A stretch of 64,000 bases of DNA, from contig JAHJWB010000003.1 of assembly GCA_018828125.1 (NCBI GenBank), positions 275,034 through 339,033 on the forward strand. The letters run 5' to 3'. How positions within the stretch are numbered: position 1 is the first letter of the stretch; each line of letters starts with the position of its first letter. This DNA is from Gammaproteobacteria bacterium. Its GTDB lineage: Bacteria; Pseudomonadota; Gammaproteobacteria; Burkholderiales; Burkholderiaceae_C. Below are positions 19,332-28,912 of the stretch, in pieces. A program made the translations under genes and the position numbers. Under the pieces are notes generated by a model. The model searched no databases and was not told the origin of the DNA. It saw nothing but the letters and a program-made list of their open reading frames with translations.

Positions 19332-20723
19332 ATGAGCGAAGTACTGTCCCCCACAAAAACACCCAAAGTCGGATTTGTCAGCCTTGGTTGCCCCAAGGCT
19401 TTGACCGATTCCGAGTTGATCCTCACGCAACTGAGCGCCGAGGGTTACGAAACCTCCAAGACCTTTCAGGGCGCGGACCTGGTCATCGTCAACACGTGCG
19501 GCTTCATCGACGATGCGGTCAAGGAAAGCCTGGACACCATCGGCGAGGCGCTGGCCGAGAACGGCCGGGTCATCGTCACCGGCTGCCTGGGCGCCCGCAC
19601 TGGCGACGATGGCGACAACATGGTGCGCAGAATGCACCCCAGCGTGCTGGCCGTGACGGGCCCGCATGCCACGCAAGAGGTGATGGACGCCGTCCACCTC
19701 AATTTGCCCAAACCACACGACCCTTTTATCGACCTCGTGCCCGGCAGTTTCGGTATTGCGGGCATCAAGCTCACGCCCAAGCACTACGCCTACCTGAAGA
19801 TCAGCGAAGGCTGCAACCACCGCTGCACCTTCTGCATCATCCCGTCGATGCGCGGAGATCTGGTGTCGCGCCCCATCGGCGACGTCCTGAGCGAGGCCAA
19901 GGCCCTGTTCGCTGGCGGCGTCAAAGAACTGCTGGTCATCAGCCAGGACACGTCTGCTTATGGCGTGGACGTGAAATACCGCACCGGCTTCTGGGACGGC
20001 AAACCTGTCAAGACCCGCATGCTGGAGCTGGTGCAGACCCTGGGCGAAATCGCCGAACCCTACGGCGCCTGGGTGCGCTTGCATTATGTGTACCCGTACC
20101 CTAGCGTCGACGAGGTCATCCCCCTCATGGCCACGGGCCGTGTGCTGCCGTACCTCGACGTGCCCTTCCAGCACAGCCACCCCGATGTCCTGAAGCGCAT
20201 GAAGCGCCCCGCCAGTGGCGAGCGCAACCTGGAGCGCATCCAGCGCTGGCGCGAAGCCTGCCCCGAGATCGTGATCCGCAGCACCTTCATCGCAGGCTTC
20301 CCCGGCGAGACGGAAGAAGAGTTCGCACACCTGCTCGACTTTGTGCGAGAGGCTCAGATCGACCGAGCCGGTTGCTTTGCTTACAGCGATGTGACCGGTG
20401 CTGCCGCCAACGCGCTGCCCGGCATGCTGCCGATGGAAGTGCGCGAAGAGCGCCGTGCCCGTTTCATGGCAGTGGCCGAAGAGGTGTCCGTTGCCAAGCT
20501 GCAGCGCCGTGTGGGCGCCACCATGCAGGTGCTGGTTGACTCTGCCCCCGGTTTGGGCCGAAAGGGTGGCGTGGGCCGCACCTATGCCGACGCGCCCGAA
20601 ATCGACGGCACTGTGCAGCTGCTGCCACCCGAGAAAATCAGCAAGACCATGAAGGTGGGCGAATTCACCAAGGCGCGCATCGTGGGCGTGCGAGGGCATG
20701 ATCTGGTCGCGCAGCCTATTTGA
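19332..20723 (+). CDS. rimO: Ribosomal protein S12 methylthiotransferase
   Basis: [26 protein letters not shown] radical-SAM motif, C-terminal TRAM. Confidence 0.96.
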   Translation: MSEVLSPTKTPKVGFVSLGCPKALTDSELILTQLSAEGYETSKTFQGADLVIVNTCGFIDDAVKESLDTIGEALAENGRVIVTGCLGARTGDDGDNMVRRMHPSVLAVTGPHATQEVMDAVHLNLPKPHDPFIDLVPGSFGIAGIKLTPKHYAYLKISEGCNHRCTFCIIPSMRGDLVSRPIGDVLSEAKALFAGGVKELLVISQDTSAYGVDVKYRTGFWDGKPVKTRMLELVQTLGEIAEPYGAWVRLHYVYPYPSVDEVIPLMATGRVLPYLDVPFQHSHPDVLKRMKRPASGERNLERIQRWREACPEIVIRSTFIAGFPGETEEEFAHLLDFVREAQIDRAGCFAYSDVTGAAANALPGMLPMEVREERRARFMAVAEEVSVAKLQRRVGATMQVLVDSAPGLGRKGGVGRTYADAPEIDGTVQLLPPEKISKTMKVGEFTKARIVGVRGHDLVAQPI

Positions 20724-20730
20724 GCATCGC

Positions 20731-20822
20731 AAAAATATGAGCTGCTAGCGCTTGAATCCATTGGGTTTCAGGTTGATTTGATATCGAAACCTATGTTTAT
20801 GAAGCGCTACCAGCTCCTATAT
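20731..20822. repeat. Inverted pair of palindromic repeat copies (3 and 4)
   Basis: tatgagctgctagcgctt (20736-20753) matches the reverse complement of 20802-20819 at 16/18 positions. Confidence 0.8.
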
Positions 20823-20922
20823 CCATAGCTGTCACCGCTGCGCCGCAAGGCGATTCCCCTCCGAATTCGGATATGCTTTTGGCGGCGTTCCCCATCCGGG
20901 CCACACATACGAGGAATACATC

Positions 20923-22104
20923 ATGGGTCTCATTCAGGCGGCTGTTGGTTCGATTGGCGGAATGCTTGCCGATCAGTGGAAAGACTTCTACACCGTACCC
21001 GACGGCCTGCCCGCCACGGCAGCTCTGTTTGCCGCGGTACCGCGCGGCACGAACGCCGGGCGGGTTTCGAACACCAGGGGGTCTTCGAACATCATTACCA
21101 ATGGCTCCAAGATCGTCGTGCCTGAGGGCTACGGTCTGCTGCTGTTCCAGGATGGCGCGATCACCGGCTTTGCCGCTGAGCCCGGTGGTTATGAGTGGAA
21201 TTCGAACGATCTCCAGTCGAAGTCGATCTTTACCGGCGGTGGTTTTGTCGAATCGATGGTCCAGCAAAGCTGGGAGCGCTTCAAGTTTGGCGGCCAGCCG
21301 GGCTCCCAGCAGTCTGCGTTCTTTGTTTCGCTCAAAGAACTGCCCGATAACCGGTTTGGCACGCAGTCCGACATTTACTGGGATGACCGCTACCTCAACG
21401 CGCAAGTCGGCGCCATCACCCGCGGCAGCTACACGCTGAAAATTGTCGATCCGATCCTCTTCGTCAAGAGCTTTGTACCGGCCAAGTACCTGCAACCGGG
21501 CCAGGTGTTTGATTTCACCGATCTTGACAATGCAGCGGCCAGCCAGCTTTTCAATGAAGTCGTGGGTTCCCTGGCACCGGCGTTCAGCCTGTACACCAAC
21601 GACCCTGAAAAGGGCAACCGCATCACCAAGATCCAGCAGGACTCGATCGGGTTTGCCAAGAGCCTGTCTGACGCGGTGGAGAGCGCCTACCAGTGGAAAT
21701 CCGACCGCGGTCTTGCCATCGTCAAGACGGCCATCGTCTCGATCGAGTACGACGCCCAGACCAAGGAACTACTCAAGACGGTGCAGCGCGCGGATGCGCT
21801 GCTGGGTGCGCGCGGCAATTCCAATCTGCAGGCCTCAGTGGCAGCGGGCATGCAATCGGCGGGTGAGAACGGCGGCGCCAACGGCATCTTTGGCATGGGC
21901 ATGGCAGCGGGCGTGGCGGGCATCAGTGGGCTGCAGCAGCCAGTGGCACCAGCGGTGCCCGTGTCCTCGGCACCCCCGCCGGCGGCGCCTGTGCCCGCCG
22001 ACGACCCGATTGTCCGGCTGACCAAAGCCAAGCAGATGCTGGACGCGGGACTCATCACGCAGGCCGATTACGATGCGGTGAAGGCCAAGGCGCTGGGCCT
22101 GTAG
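20923..22104 (+). CDS. SPFH/band-7-like protein (YdjI-like) with C-terminal SHOCT domain
   Basis: GAGGA RBS; ITNGSKIVVPEG, KELPDNRFGT, GMGMAAG, Pro/Ala linker, LTKAKQMLDAGLITQADYDAVKAKALG. Confidence 0.82.
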   Translation: MGLIQAAVGSIGGMLADQWKDFYTVPDGLPATAALFAAVPRGTNAGRVSNTRGSSNIITNGSKIVVPEGYGLLLFQDGAITGFAAEPGGYEWNSNDLQSKSIFTGGGFVESMVQQSWERFKFGGQPGSQQSAFFVSLKELPDNRFGTQSDIYWDDRYLNAQVGAITRGSYTLKIVDPILFVKSFVPAKYLQPGQVFDFTDLDNAAASQLFNEVVGSLAPAFSLYTNDPEKGNRITKIQQDSIGFAKSLSDAVESAYQWKSDRGLAIVKTAIVSIEYDAQTKELLKTVQRADALLGARGNSNLQASVAAGMQSAGENGGANGIFGMGMAAGVAGISGLQQPVAPAVPVSSAPPPAAPVPADDPIVRLTKAKQMLDAGLITQADYDAVKAKALGL

Positions 22105-22110
22105 GTTCAC

Positions 22111-23415
22111 ATGACGCAGCCCACGCCTGTGATGCCCACCGGGCCGGGGTCGCCGCAGGATGTGCCGCCTGCGCCAGGGCAGTTTCCGGTAGACCCGGCG
22201 ACGCTGCCTGCGTCGATTCGCGACGAGCTGCAGGCCCCTGACCCGACCGCCATCGACACCTCTGCCACCGAACTGCGCGATGGCGTCAACCGCTGTCCAA
22301 AGTGTGGCTCCACGGAGATCCGGCATCGTGCGGGCTCCGATAAGCTGATCTGCCTGTTTTGCCGCCATGAGTGGGTGGGCACGCGGGTAGAGGACGAATT
22401 CGGTCTTGGCGAGGGCATTGATGACCTGCGCGGAACCGTGATCGCCTCTGGGGCGAAAACCATCCAGGCCGATGTTTCCAGCCTGCGCACCTTCAAGTGC
22501 GGTGGCTGCGGCGCAGAAGTGGTGGTGAACACCGAAACCGCGATGACGGCGCGCTGCCATTGGTGCCGCCACGTCCTGGGCGTCAACGAGCAGATCGACA
22601 ACGGCGCAGTGCCCGATGCCGTATTGCCGTTTCAAATCAAGAAGGACGACGCGGTGGCGCGCATCCGCCAGTTTGTGGGCAAGCGCCAGATGTTTGCGCT
22701 CAAGGCCTTCAAGGAAGAGTTTTCGCCTGAAAACGTGCTTGGCGTGTACCTCCCCTACATGGTGGTGGACGCCAAAGCCAGCGCAGACGTGGCGGGATTT
22801 GGGGAGGTGGAAACGCGCCGCTACACGCGTGGCGAGGGCAAGGACCAGAAGACTTATTACGACGCCGATGTGTACCAGCTGCAGCGGCACGTCGACTTTA
22901 CGGTGGACGACCTGACGATGGAGTCGAGCGCCCAGCGTGGCAATCTGGACACCAAGGCCAACACCAACAACATCATCAACACCATCCTGCCCTTTGACAC
23001 CAAAAACGCAGTGAAGTGGAACGCCTCGTACCTGGCGGGCTACACCTCGGAAAAGCGCGACCGCGATGTCGAGCACTTGAACCCGCAGCTCGAAGACCAG
23101 TTGCTCTCGATTGCGCGCGCGCAGGTGCAGTCGTCAGTGCGCCAGTACGGCCGTGGTGTGCGCTGGGAGCAGGAGCGCATCGATGTGCACGGCACGCGCT
23201 GGGTGGCGATGTACCTGCCGGTGTGGCTGTATTCGTACCACCAGCCAGGCACGGGCCGTGGTGGGAGTGGCGGCATGTTGCACTACATCGCCGTGAACGG
23301 CCGCACCGGCGAGACCATGGGCAGTGTGCCCGTACAGCAGTGGAAGCTGATCACCGCCGCGCTCACCGTGGGCACGTTTGTCGAAGGCGTAGCGCTCTGG
23401 TTGGTGGGGAGATGA
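22111..23415 (+). CDS. Double zinc-ribbon protein with C-terminal TM (YdjG-like)
   Basis: Four CxxC motifs (CPKC, CLFC, CGGC, CHWC); PDAVLPF, GVYLPY, YLPVW, VNGRTGE; hydrophobic C-terminus. Confidence 0.82.
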   Translation: MTQPTPVMPTGPGSPQDVPPAPGQFPVDPATLPASIRDELQAPDPTAIDTSATELRDGVNRCPKCGSTEIRHRAGSDKLICLFCRHEWVGTRVEDEFGLGEGIDDLRGTVIASGAKTIQADVSSLRTFKCGGCGAEVVVNTETAMTARCHWCRHVLGVNEQIDNGAVPDAVLPFQIKKDDAVARIRQFVGKRQMFALKAFKEEFSPENVLGVYLPYMVVDAKASADVAGFGEVETRRYTRGEGKDQKTYYDADVYQLQRHVDFTVDDLTMESSAQRGNLDTKANTNNIINTILPFDTKNAVKWNASYLAGYTSEKRDRDVEHLNPQLEDQLLSIARAQVQSSVRQYGRGVRWEQERIDVHGTRWVAMYLPVWLYSYHQPGTGRGGSGGMLHYIAVNGRTGETMGSVPVQQWKLITAALTVGTFVEGVALWLVGR

Positions 23416-23669
23416 CGATGGACAGTGACGGTATTCTTTTTCTCCTGGCGCTGGGCCCGGCGAGCGCCGCGGGGTTGTACTGGATGTTGTACCGCTACTA
23501 CCGAAATACCGACAAATCGCACCATTTCGAGAGCGAAACCGAGGTCAAGGCCCAGCCAGTTACTGGCGCTGGCGAGGATGTGAAGGTGAACGAAGTCCGG
23601 GGTACGCAGGAGACGCAGATTCGCGGCAACAACGTGGGCGATTTCCGAAGGCGCGTGCAACGCACTTAG
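23412..23669 (+). CDS. Small membrane protein (85 aa), last gene of the SPFH operon
   Basis: ATGA overlap with the upstream stop; N-terminal TM GILFLLALGPASAAGLYWMLY then RYYRNTDK. Confidence 0.75.
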   Translation: MTMDSDGILFLLALGPASAAGLYWMLYRYYRNTDKSHHFESETEVKAQPVTGAGEDVKVNEVRGTQETQIRGNNVGDFRRRVQRT

Positions 23670-23689
23670 TGCACAGACTATGACCCAAC

Positions 23690-23718
23690 AAAAAAGGCTT
23701 CCCGAGGGAAGCCTTTTT
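23690..23718. terminator. Bidirectional intrinsic terminator
   Basis: aaaaaaggcttcc-cgag-ggaagccttttt between convergent genes. Confidence 0.9.
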
Positions 23719-23760
23719 GCTGTGCCTAACGCTGCGAGTCAGCAGCGGGTTGGCAGGTGA

Positions 23761-24315
23761 TTACACGCGCTTGCGGTATTCGCCGGTGCGGGTGTCGATT
23801 TCGATCTTGTCGCCTTGCGAGACAAACAGAGGCACGGGCACTTCAAAGCCGGTGGCGATCTTGGCGGGCTTGAGCACCTTGCCGGATGTGTCGCCCTTGA
23901 CGGCTGGCTCGGTCCAGGTGATTTCGCGTTCAACGCTGGTGGGCAGTTCGACCGAAATAGCCTTGCCGTCGTAGAACACCACTTCCAGCGTCATGCCGTC
24001 TTCCAAGTAGTTCAGTGCGTCGCCCATGTTTTCGGCTTCGACTTCGTACTGGTTGTATTCCGTGTCCATGCAGACATACATGGGATCGGCAAAGTAGGAG
24101 TAGGTGCACTCCTTCTTGTCCAGGATCACGTTGTCGATCTTGTCGTCGGCCTTGAACACGTTTTCGGTGCCGAAGTTGCCGATCAGGCTCTTGAGCTTCA
24201 TGCGCACGGTGGCTGCACCGCGGCCGCCGCGGGCGTATTCGGTCTTCAGGACCACCATGGGGTCCTTGCCGTGCATGATGACGTTGCCGGCGCGGATTTC
24301 TTGAGCGATTTTCAT
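23761..24315 (-). CDS. efp: Elongation factor P, Arg32 type
   Basis: [13 protein letters not shown] with R at position 32; [20 protein letters not shown]. Confidence 0.97.
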   Translation of the reverse strand: MKIAQEIRAGNVIMHGKDPMVVLKTEYARGGRGAATVRMKLKSLIGNFGTENVFKADDKIDNVILDKKECTYSYFADPMYVCMDTEYNQYEVEAENMGDALNYLEDGMTLEVVFYDGKAISVELPTSVEREITWTEPAVKGDTSGKVLKPAKIATGFEVPVPLFVSQGDKIEIDTRTGEYRKRV

Positions 24316-24465
24316 AGCAGGTTGCTTGGGTTGGGGCCGCTCAACGCGTGGGCTCGTGGTCTTCTGAGAGCAGAAGGCTCGCCTTGCCTATGCATGTTCC
24401 GCGGCGGGACTGCGCGGGTGCTCGACACCGGTGTGCCGTACCTGTTTTGCGCAAAGCCTCGGATT

Positions 24466-25620
24466 TTACCGTTTTTCGGCGGCAAAGCCCAAAAGTTGTG
24501 CGACGAGATCGTCTTGCCCCAAAAGGCGCGCGCGCGCAGCCTGAGTGCAGGCCGTCCATTCGGCCAATGTGGCGTCGTCAGGCAACTGCAGTGGTGCGCT
24601 GTCCAATCCGTTCCAGGTGGCATGAAACGCGCGCAGGGTCGGGGGCGCCTCCAGCCAGTCCAGAAACGCCATCAACTTGGCGTGGTGGGCGTTGTCATCT
24701 TGTGGGTAGATGTGCCAGACCAGCGCCTGTCCGGCCCACAGCGCCCGTACCAACGAATCCTCACCGCGCACGGCGTTGAAATCGCAGGCCCACAGCATCT
24801 CGTCAAATGCAGCTTGTGGGCGGTGGGGTAAATATGAAATTGATAGCTGATTGCGCTTACTGGATAAGCACTGGAAGCCATTTTGACTTGTATTTTCTGC
24901 AAGTGCCGACCGCACGGCGTGCGTGGGGCGGCCCGGAGTGACCAGTAGCTGCGTGGGGAGCGCCTGGCCTTGCTGCAGCAGGTCGGGCAACGCAGCGGGT
25001 TCGTAGCAAAACAGGGACATCCAGCGGTGTCCGGGCTCGACTTCACCCAGCCCGAATGCCGTTGCATGCGTGGCACGCCAGGCTGTCCGATCAAACCCTT
25101 CCCGCCGCGCCATCAGGTCCGGCTCGCGCAGCAATCCACCTGTTGCGGGAGTGAAGCCGGGGTAGAAAAACCAGCGCGTCCAGCCTGCCGCCGGGCCGGA
25201 CATGAGCAGCGAGGGCAGCCGGTGGTTGCGCTCCACGTAGCGCTCTGCCGACAGGTATTCAAGATTGATCCAAAGAGGTTGGAAGCCATTCTTTGGATGT
25301 TTTTGGCCTCTGGCGCTTGATGAATAAGCGCTGTAAGCTATAAATTCAGGAGCAATTTCACACCCGAACGCCTCCACCATCACATCGGGTGCGGGCTCGT
25401 CCGGGCCGGGCGGTGGCGAGCCCCAGGCGCGCAGCTCCACGCCGGGGCAGCCTTCGGGCGCCATCCACGCCAGGGCTGAGGCGTCATCCACCCACAGACG
25501 CACGCGATGGCCCCGGCCGGCCAATTGCGCCACCAGGCGCCAGCACACGCCGATGTCGCCAAAATTGTCGATCACGCGGCAGAAGACATCCCACTGCGAG
25601 GGAGGGACGGTAAGGTTCAT
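24466..25620 (-). CDS. earP: EF-P arginine rhamnosyltransferase
   Basis: FCRVIDNFGDIGVCWRL, WINLEYLSAE, FFYPGFT, VRGEDSLVRA, WHIYPQ. Confidence 0.96.
   Translation of the reverse strand: MNLTVPPSQWDVFCRVIDNFGDIGVCWRLVAQLAGRGHRVRLWVDDASALAWMAPEGCPGVELRAWGSPPPGPDEPAPDVMVEAFGCEIAPEFIAYSAYSSSARGQKHPKNGFQPLWINLEYLSAERYVERNHRLPSLLMSGPAAGWTRWFFYPGFTPATGGLLREPDLMARREGFDRTAWRATHATAFGLGEVEPGHRWMSLFCYEPAALPDLLQQGQALPTQLLVTPGRPTHAVRSALAENTSQNGFQCLSSKRNQLSISYLPHRPQAAFDEMLWACDFNAVRGEDSLVRALWAGQALVWHIYPQDDNAHHAKLMAFLDWLEAPPTLRAFHATWNGLDSAPLQLPDDATLAEWTACTQAARARLLGQDDLVAQLLGFAAEKR
24831..24897 (+). repeat. Palindromic repeat copy 5, inside earP (antisense orientation)
   Basis: gaaattgATAGCTgatTGCGCTTactggatAAGCACtggaagcc; read by earP as ENTSQNGFQCLSSKRNQLSISY. 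Confidence 0.8.
25281..25358 (-). repeat. Palindromic repeat copy 6, inside earP (sense orientation)
   Basis: Reverse complement tgctcctgaatttATAGCTtacAGCGCTTattcatcAAGCGCCagaggcc; encodes APEFIAYSAYSSSARGQK. Confidence 0.82.
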
Positions 25621-26522
25621 CGGGATGGCGTCGTGGTTGCTTGTGCACGCAAATGCTCAACCAGCAGCCGGGCGACGCTGGACAGCGATTCTTCAGACCG
25701 CACGCACAGTGACAGGCGACGCTGTGCCCAGGGTTCATTCAGTGTGACGGTGCGGATGGCGAGCGTGCCCTGGTACAGCGCGGCGCTGCCACGCGGCATC
25801 ACGCCTACGCCCAGCCCGGCGTTCACCATGAGACACAGCGCGTCGTAGCTCGTGACCTGGATACGCAACCGCAGCGGCAGGCCCGTTTCGGCTGCCGCGC
25901 GGGTCAGTTGGTTGTTGATGGCGCTGCCCGGGTGTGCGCCGACAAAGTCGTAGGGCAGGGCGTCTGCCAGCCGCACAGACTTGCGCCGTGCCAGCGCGTG
26001 GCCGGTGGGCACCACCAGCACCAATTCGTCGCTGCGATACGGAATCAGCGTCACGCGCTCGCCGTAAGTACCTTCGTTCAGGATGCCCACGTCGGCCGCG
26101 TTCTCGGCCACCGAGTGGGCGATTGCGCTGCTGATCTGCTCCTGCAGTCGCACATCCACCTGTGGGTGTTGGGCCAGAAAACTTTGCAGCTCGGCCGGCA
26201 GAAACTGTGTGATGGCAGAGATGTTGGCCACCACGCGCACATGGCCGCGCACGCCCGTGCCGTACTCGCGCATCTGCGTGGCAATGCCATCGAGGTCGTT
26301 CAGCACGCCACGCGCCAGGTTGAGCAGCGCAAACGCGGCGGCAGTGGGCTCGGTGCCCTTGTTGCTGCGCGTGAAAAGGGCCACGCGCAACGCGTCTTCC
26401 AGGTCGGCCAGGCGGCGGCTGACGGCCGAGGCGGCGATGTGCTCGCGTGCAGCCGCGGCGGCGATGGTGCTTTCTTCCATCACGGCGACGAACAGGCGCA
26501 GAGAGACGGGGTCGAGTTTCAT
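25617..26522 (-). CDS. LysR family transcriptional regulator
   Basis: MKLDPVSLRLF, HIAASAVSRRLADLE, LFTRSNKGTEPT; stop overlaps the earP ATG. Confidence 0.93.
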   Translation of the reverse strand: MKLDPVSLRLFVAVMEESTIAAAAAREHIAASAVSRRLADLEDALRVALFTRSNKGTEPTAAAFALLNLARGVLNDLDGIATQMREYGTGVRGHVRVVANISAITQFLPAELQSFLAQHPQVDVRLQEQISSAIAHSVAENAADVGILNEGTYGERVTLIPYRSDELVLVVPTGHALARRKSVRLADALPYDFVGAHPGSAINNQLTRAAAETGLPLRLRIQVTSYDALCLMVNAGLGVGVMPRGSAALYQGTLAIRTVTLNEPWAQRRLSLCVRSEESLSSVARLLVEHLRAQATTTPSR

Positions 26523-26668
26523 GAGGGCGTGATGGTAAGCCGTTTGCCAAATGCCATGCCGGTTTGCGATGGCGGCTTGTTGCATCAGCGTTTTGCAGTC
26601 GTGCGGACTGTGCGCATCATTCGCGCCAACAAGCCAAGGGCCCACGCCCGCAAGAGACAAACATTCCC

Positions 26669-27898
26669 ATGGATTCCATCGCCTCTCCCGCCGCGCTGCA
26701 AGGCGTTCGCGTCATCGAAATGGGCCAACTCATCGCCGGGCCGTTCTGCGGCAAGACGCTGGGCGAGTTTGGTGCCGACGTGATCAAGATCGAAGCCCCC
26801 GCGGACCCGAGCCGACCCGGTGCGTCGGGCGGCGACCCGCTGCGCAACTGGCGCCTCATCAAGGAAGGCACCTCCGTCTGGTGGCAGGTGCAGTCGCGCA
26901 ACAAGCGCTCGGTGGCGCTGGACCTGCGCCAGAAGGAAGGCCAGGCCATAGCCCGCCAGCTGATCGCCGAGGCCGATGTACTGGTCGAGAACTTCCGCCC
27001 CGGCACGCTCGAAGGCTGGGGCATGTCGCCCGAAGAACTGCATGCGCTCAACCCCGGCCTGGTGATGCTGCGCATCTCCGGCTACGGCCAGACCGGCCCC
27101 TACCGCGACCTGCCGGGCTTCGGCGCCATTGGTGAGGCCATAGGCGGCCTTCGCCACCTGACGGGCGAGCCGGGCCGCGTGCCGGTGCGCGTGGGGGTGT
27201 CGATTGGCGATACGCTGGCGGCGCTGCACGGCACCATCGGCGTGCTCACCGCGTTGTACCACCGCAAGGTCAACGGTGGCCAAGGACAGGTGATCGACGT
27301 GGCGCTGCACGAGGCGGTGTTCAACGTGATGGAAAGTTTGATCCCCGAATACAGCGCGTTTGGCGCCGTGCGCGAGGCCGCAGGCAGTGCGCTGCCGGGC
27401 ATTGCGCCCTCCAACGCCTACCCATGCACCGACGGCTGGGTGCTGGTGGCAGGCAATGGCGACAGCATCTTCAAGCGGCTGATGGATGCGATTGGCCGTG
27501 CGGACCTGGGGGCTGCCCCCGACCTGGGCGACAACGCAGGCCGCGTAGCGCGCGTGGCAGAAATTGACGCCGCTATTGGCGCGTGGAGCGCACAGCGCAC
27601 CGTGCAGCAGGTGCTGGACGCACTGGGCGCCGCCCGCGTCCCGGCGGGCAAGGTCTACACCGCCAAGGACATTGCTGAAGACCCGCACTACCGCGCCCGC
27701 GACATGCTGCTGACCCAGCAGACGCGCGACGGCTACAGCGTGGAAGTGCCGGGCATCGTGCCCAAGCTCTCGGCCACGCCGGGCACCATCCGCAGCAGCG
27801 CGCCGCACCTGGGCGATGACACCGATGCGGTTCTGGCCGAGGCCGGCTTGACTGTCGAACAGATCGCGCTGCTGCGCAGCAAGGGGGTGATTCAATGA
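26669..27898 (+). CDS. CaiB/BaiF family (class III) CoA transferase
   Basis: LIAGPFCG, RNKRSVALDL, ENFRPG, ISGYGQTGPY. Confidence 0.93.
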   Translation: MDSIASPAALQGVRVIEMGQLIAGPFCGKTLGEFGADVIKIEAPADPSRPGASGGDPLRNWRLIKEGTSVWWQVQSRNKRSVALDLRQKEGQAIARQLIAEADVLVENFRPGTLEGWGMSPEELHALNPGLVMLRISGYGQTGPYRDLPGFGAIGEAIGGLRHLTGEPGRVPVRVGVSIGDTLAALHGTIGVLTALYHRKVNGGQGQVIDVALHEAVFNVMESLIPEYSAFGAVREAAGSALPGIAPSNAYPCTDGWVLVAGNGDSIFKRLMDAIGRADLGAAPDLGDNAGRVARVAEIDAAIGAWSAQRTVQQVLDALGAARVPAGKVYTAKDIAEDPHYRARDMLLTQQTRDGYSVEVPGIVPKLSATPGTIRSSAPHLGDDTDAVLAEAGLTVEQIALLRSKGVIQ

Positions 27899-28878
27899 GT
27901 GCATCCAACTCGTTGTGGCAAGGGGCAAACCGCCGCATCCACATGCAGGAGGTCGGCCTGCGCGACGGCCTGCAGATGGAAAAGGCCTTTGTGCCCACGG
28001 CCGACAAGATCGCGCTGTGCAATGCGTTGTCGGCTGCCGGACTGTCCAAGATCGAGGTGACCTCGTTCACATCGCCCACGGCCATCCCTGCGCTCAAGGA
28101 TGCCGAAGTCGTGATGCGCGAGATCACGCGCCGCCCCGGCACCGTCTACACCGCGCTGGTGCCCAACCTGCGCGGGGCAGAGCGCGCCATCGAGTCGCGC
28201 ACGGACGAGCTGAACCTGGTGATGTCCGTCAGCGCCACACACAACCTTGCCAACCTGCGCATGACGCAGGAACAGTCGTTTGCGGCGCTGGCGCAGGTGG
28301 TGGCGCTGTCGCAGGGCGCCAATGTGGCGGTGAATGTGTCGCTGTCGTGCGTATTCGGATGCCCCATGGAAGGCGATGTGCCAGAGGCCGATGTGTTTGG
28401 ATGGGTGCAGCGTTTTGTGGATCGGGGCGTGCGCGGCATTGCGCTGTGTGACACCACGGGCATGGCCTATCCGACCCAAGTGCACCAGCTAACGTCCGTG
28501 GCCCGCGCACGCTGGCCGGGTGTGGAATTCACCCTGCATTTCCACAACACGCGCGGCATGGGGCTGGCCAATGTGCTGGCCGCCATCGACGGGGGAGCTG
28601 ACCGGTTCGATGCCTCGCTGGGCGGGCTGGGCGGCTGTCCGTATGCGCCGGGTGCCAGCGGCAATGTGTGCAGTGAGGAGGTCGTGCATGCGCTGGGGCT
28701 GATGGGATATGACACGGGCGTGGACCTGGACCAACTCGTGGCGGCGGCGCAGCTACTGCCTGCCTTCATCGGCCACGACATCCCGAGCCAGATTGCCAAG
28801 GCCGGTCCGCGCCTGGCGCTGCATCCGGTACCAGCCGATTTCGACGCGATCCGCGAGCGGGCGCTTGCGCGGCCCTGA
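27895..28878 (+). CDS. Hydroxymethylglutaryl-CoA lyase family protein
   Basis: EVGLRDGLQ, LCDTTG, HFHNTRG, GGLGGCPYAPGASGN. Confidence 0.92.
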   Translation: MSASNSLWQGANRRIHMQEVGLRDGLQMEKAFVPTADKIALCNALSAAGLSKIEVTSFTSPTAIPALKDAEVVMREITRRPGTVYTALVPNLRGAERAIESRTDELNLVMSVSATHNLANLRMTQEQSFAALAQVVALSQGANVAVNVSLSCVFGCPMEGDVPEADVFGWVQRFVDRGVRGIALCDTTGMAYPTQVHQLTSVARARWPGVEFTLHFHNTRGMGLANVLAAIDGGADRFDASLGGLGGCPYAPGASGNVCSEEVVHALGLMGYDTGVDLDQLVAAAQLLPAFIGHDIPSQIAKAGPRLALHPVPADFDAIRERALARP

Positions 28879-28912
28879 CGTTTTTATTCAGCAACAAAAA
28901 GGAGACAGAGAG

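Noticed and set aside
26669-28878. Itaconate degradation cluster (Ict-Ich-Ccl)
   Set aside because: No MaoC-type hydratase is present and the lyase is HMG-CoA-lyase type, not CitE type.
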